Shown here: positions 63,593 to 64,000 of the stretch, one piece after another | Layout: every line of letters begins with the position of its first letter | Position numbering within the stretch: position 1 is the stretch's first letter | Source of the DNA: a virus | Taxonomy: Duplodnaviria; Heunggongvirae; Uroviricota; Caudoviricetes | Reading direction: 5' to 3' (one strand) | Virus record (IMG/VR): IMGVR_UViG_3300033273_000374 | Location: 138,914 to 202,913 of that record | Length of the DNA: 64,000 bases | Translations under genes and position numbers: made by a program | Notes under the pieces: generated by a model | Database searches by the model: none | What the model was told of the DNA's origin: nothing | What the model saw: the letters and a program-made list of their open reading frames with translations, nothing else

Positions 63593-63963
63593 TATACTCT
63601 TATCTGTCGTTGTGTATTTGAACTAGGCTGTAGGTTTTTACTAAACCCTAACAGTCCATTTCCTGTCCTGCTTAGATTTAAAAATGCTGTAATACTATTT
63701 TTTAAATTGCTAGATTCAAACTGTGTTATAATATCTTGCGGAAATACCTTTAATTCATAACAAGTTACAAGCACTGCACTGGTCAACGCACTTGCTGCTT
63801 CTAGATTGTTGTTTGTGCGTTGTAGAAAAAATGCTTTTACAAGTTCATACTGTTGCGGGTCTATTGTGATTTCTGTTTTAAAATAATCCGCAAAGTACTC
63901 GTTAATTCGTAGATCCACGTCGTCTCTAACATCAGTGATTGGAAGATTGATTGTTTGTGCCAT
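63592..63963 (-). CDS. Conserved phage hypothetical protein
   Basis: 123 aa; V..FF, LN..R....LLG. Confidence 0.6.
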   Translation of the reverse strand: MAQTINLPITDVRDDVDLRINEYFADYFKTEITIDPQQYELVKAFFLQRTNNNLEAASALTSAVLVTCYELKVFPQDIITQFESSNLKNSITAFLNLSRTGNGLLGFSKNLQPSSNTQRQIRV

Positions 63964-64000
63964 TGCAAATCCTCTAAATTACTTATCATTAAATTTCTAC

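Noticed and set aside
1-64000. Stop-codon reassignment
   Set aside because: Core genes are full length under the standard code and end in TAA, TAG and TGA; coding density is high.

Overview
The window is 64 kb of a large, AT-rich (roughly 40% GC by eye), gene-dense tailed phage with a T4-like replication and packaging core. Core genes include gp41 helicase, gp61 primase, gp32 SSB, UvsX/UvsY/UvsW, a gp62-like clamp-loader subunit, terminase and gp4. The porin, GcvH, promoter style and small proteins suggest a marine alphaproteobacterial host (inference). Most genes are on the minus strand. Layout: ~1.4-9.8 kb probable internal head/virion proteins; 9.9-12.4 kb lipase plus a PHP-less DnaE; 13-30 kb replication genes interleaved with SGNH-like, radical SAM and sulfur/nucleotidyl enzymes, a second miniature DnaE and a five-microprotein operon behind a structured RNA; 30.6-33.7 kb early-gene island; 34-51 kb glycan-modification cluster plus porin; 51-64 kb recombination, SSB and packaging genes. 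The best candidate for an undescribed system is a pair of hairpin RNAs at 30.6-30.8 kb whose C/U-rich loops are complementary to the GA-rich ribosome-binding sites of four of the five adjacent early transcripts, while many middle and late genes appear leaderless and would escape. Second is an AGGCA direct-repeat element (often 11-nt spaced) in the leaders of gp32, the DnaE and a holin-like gene. All family calls are motif recognition by eye; no database search was run. No tRNA, rRNA or CRISPR array was seen.
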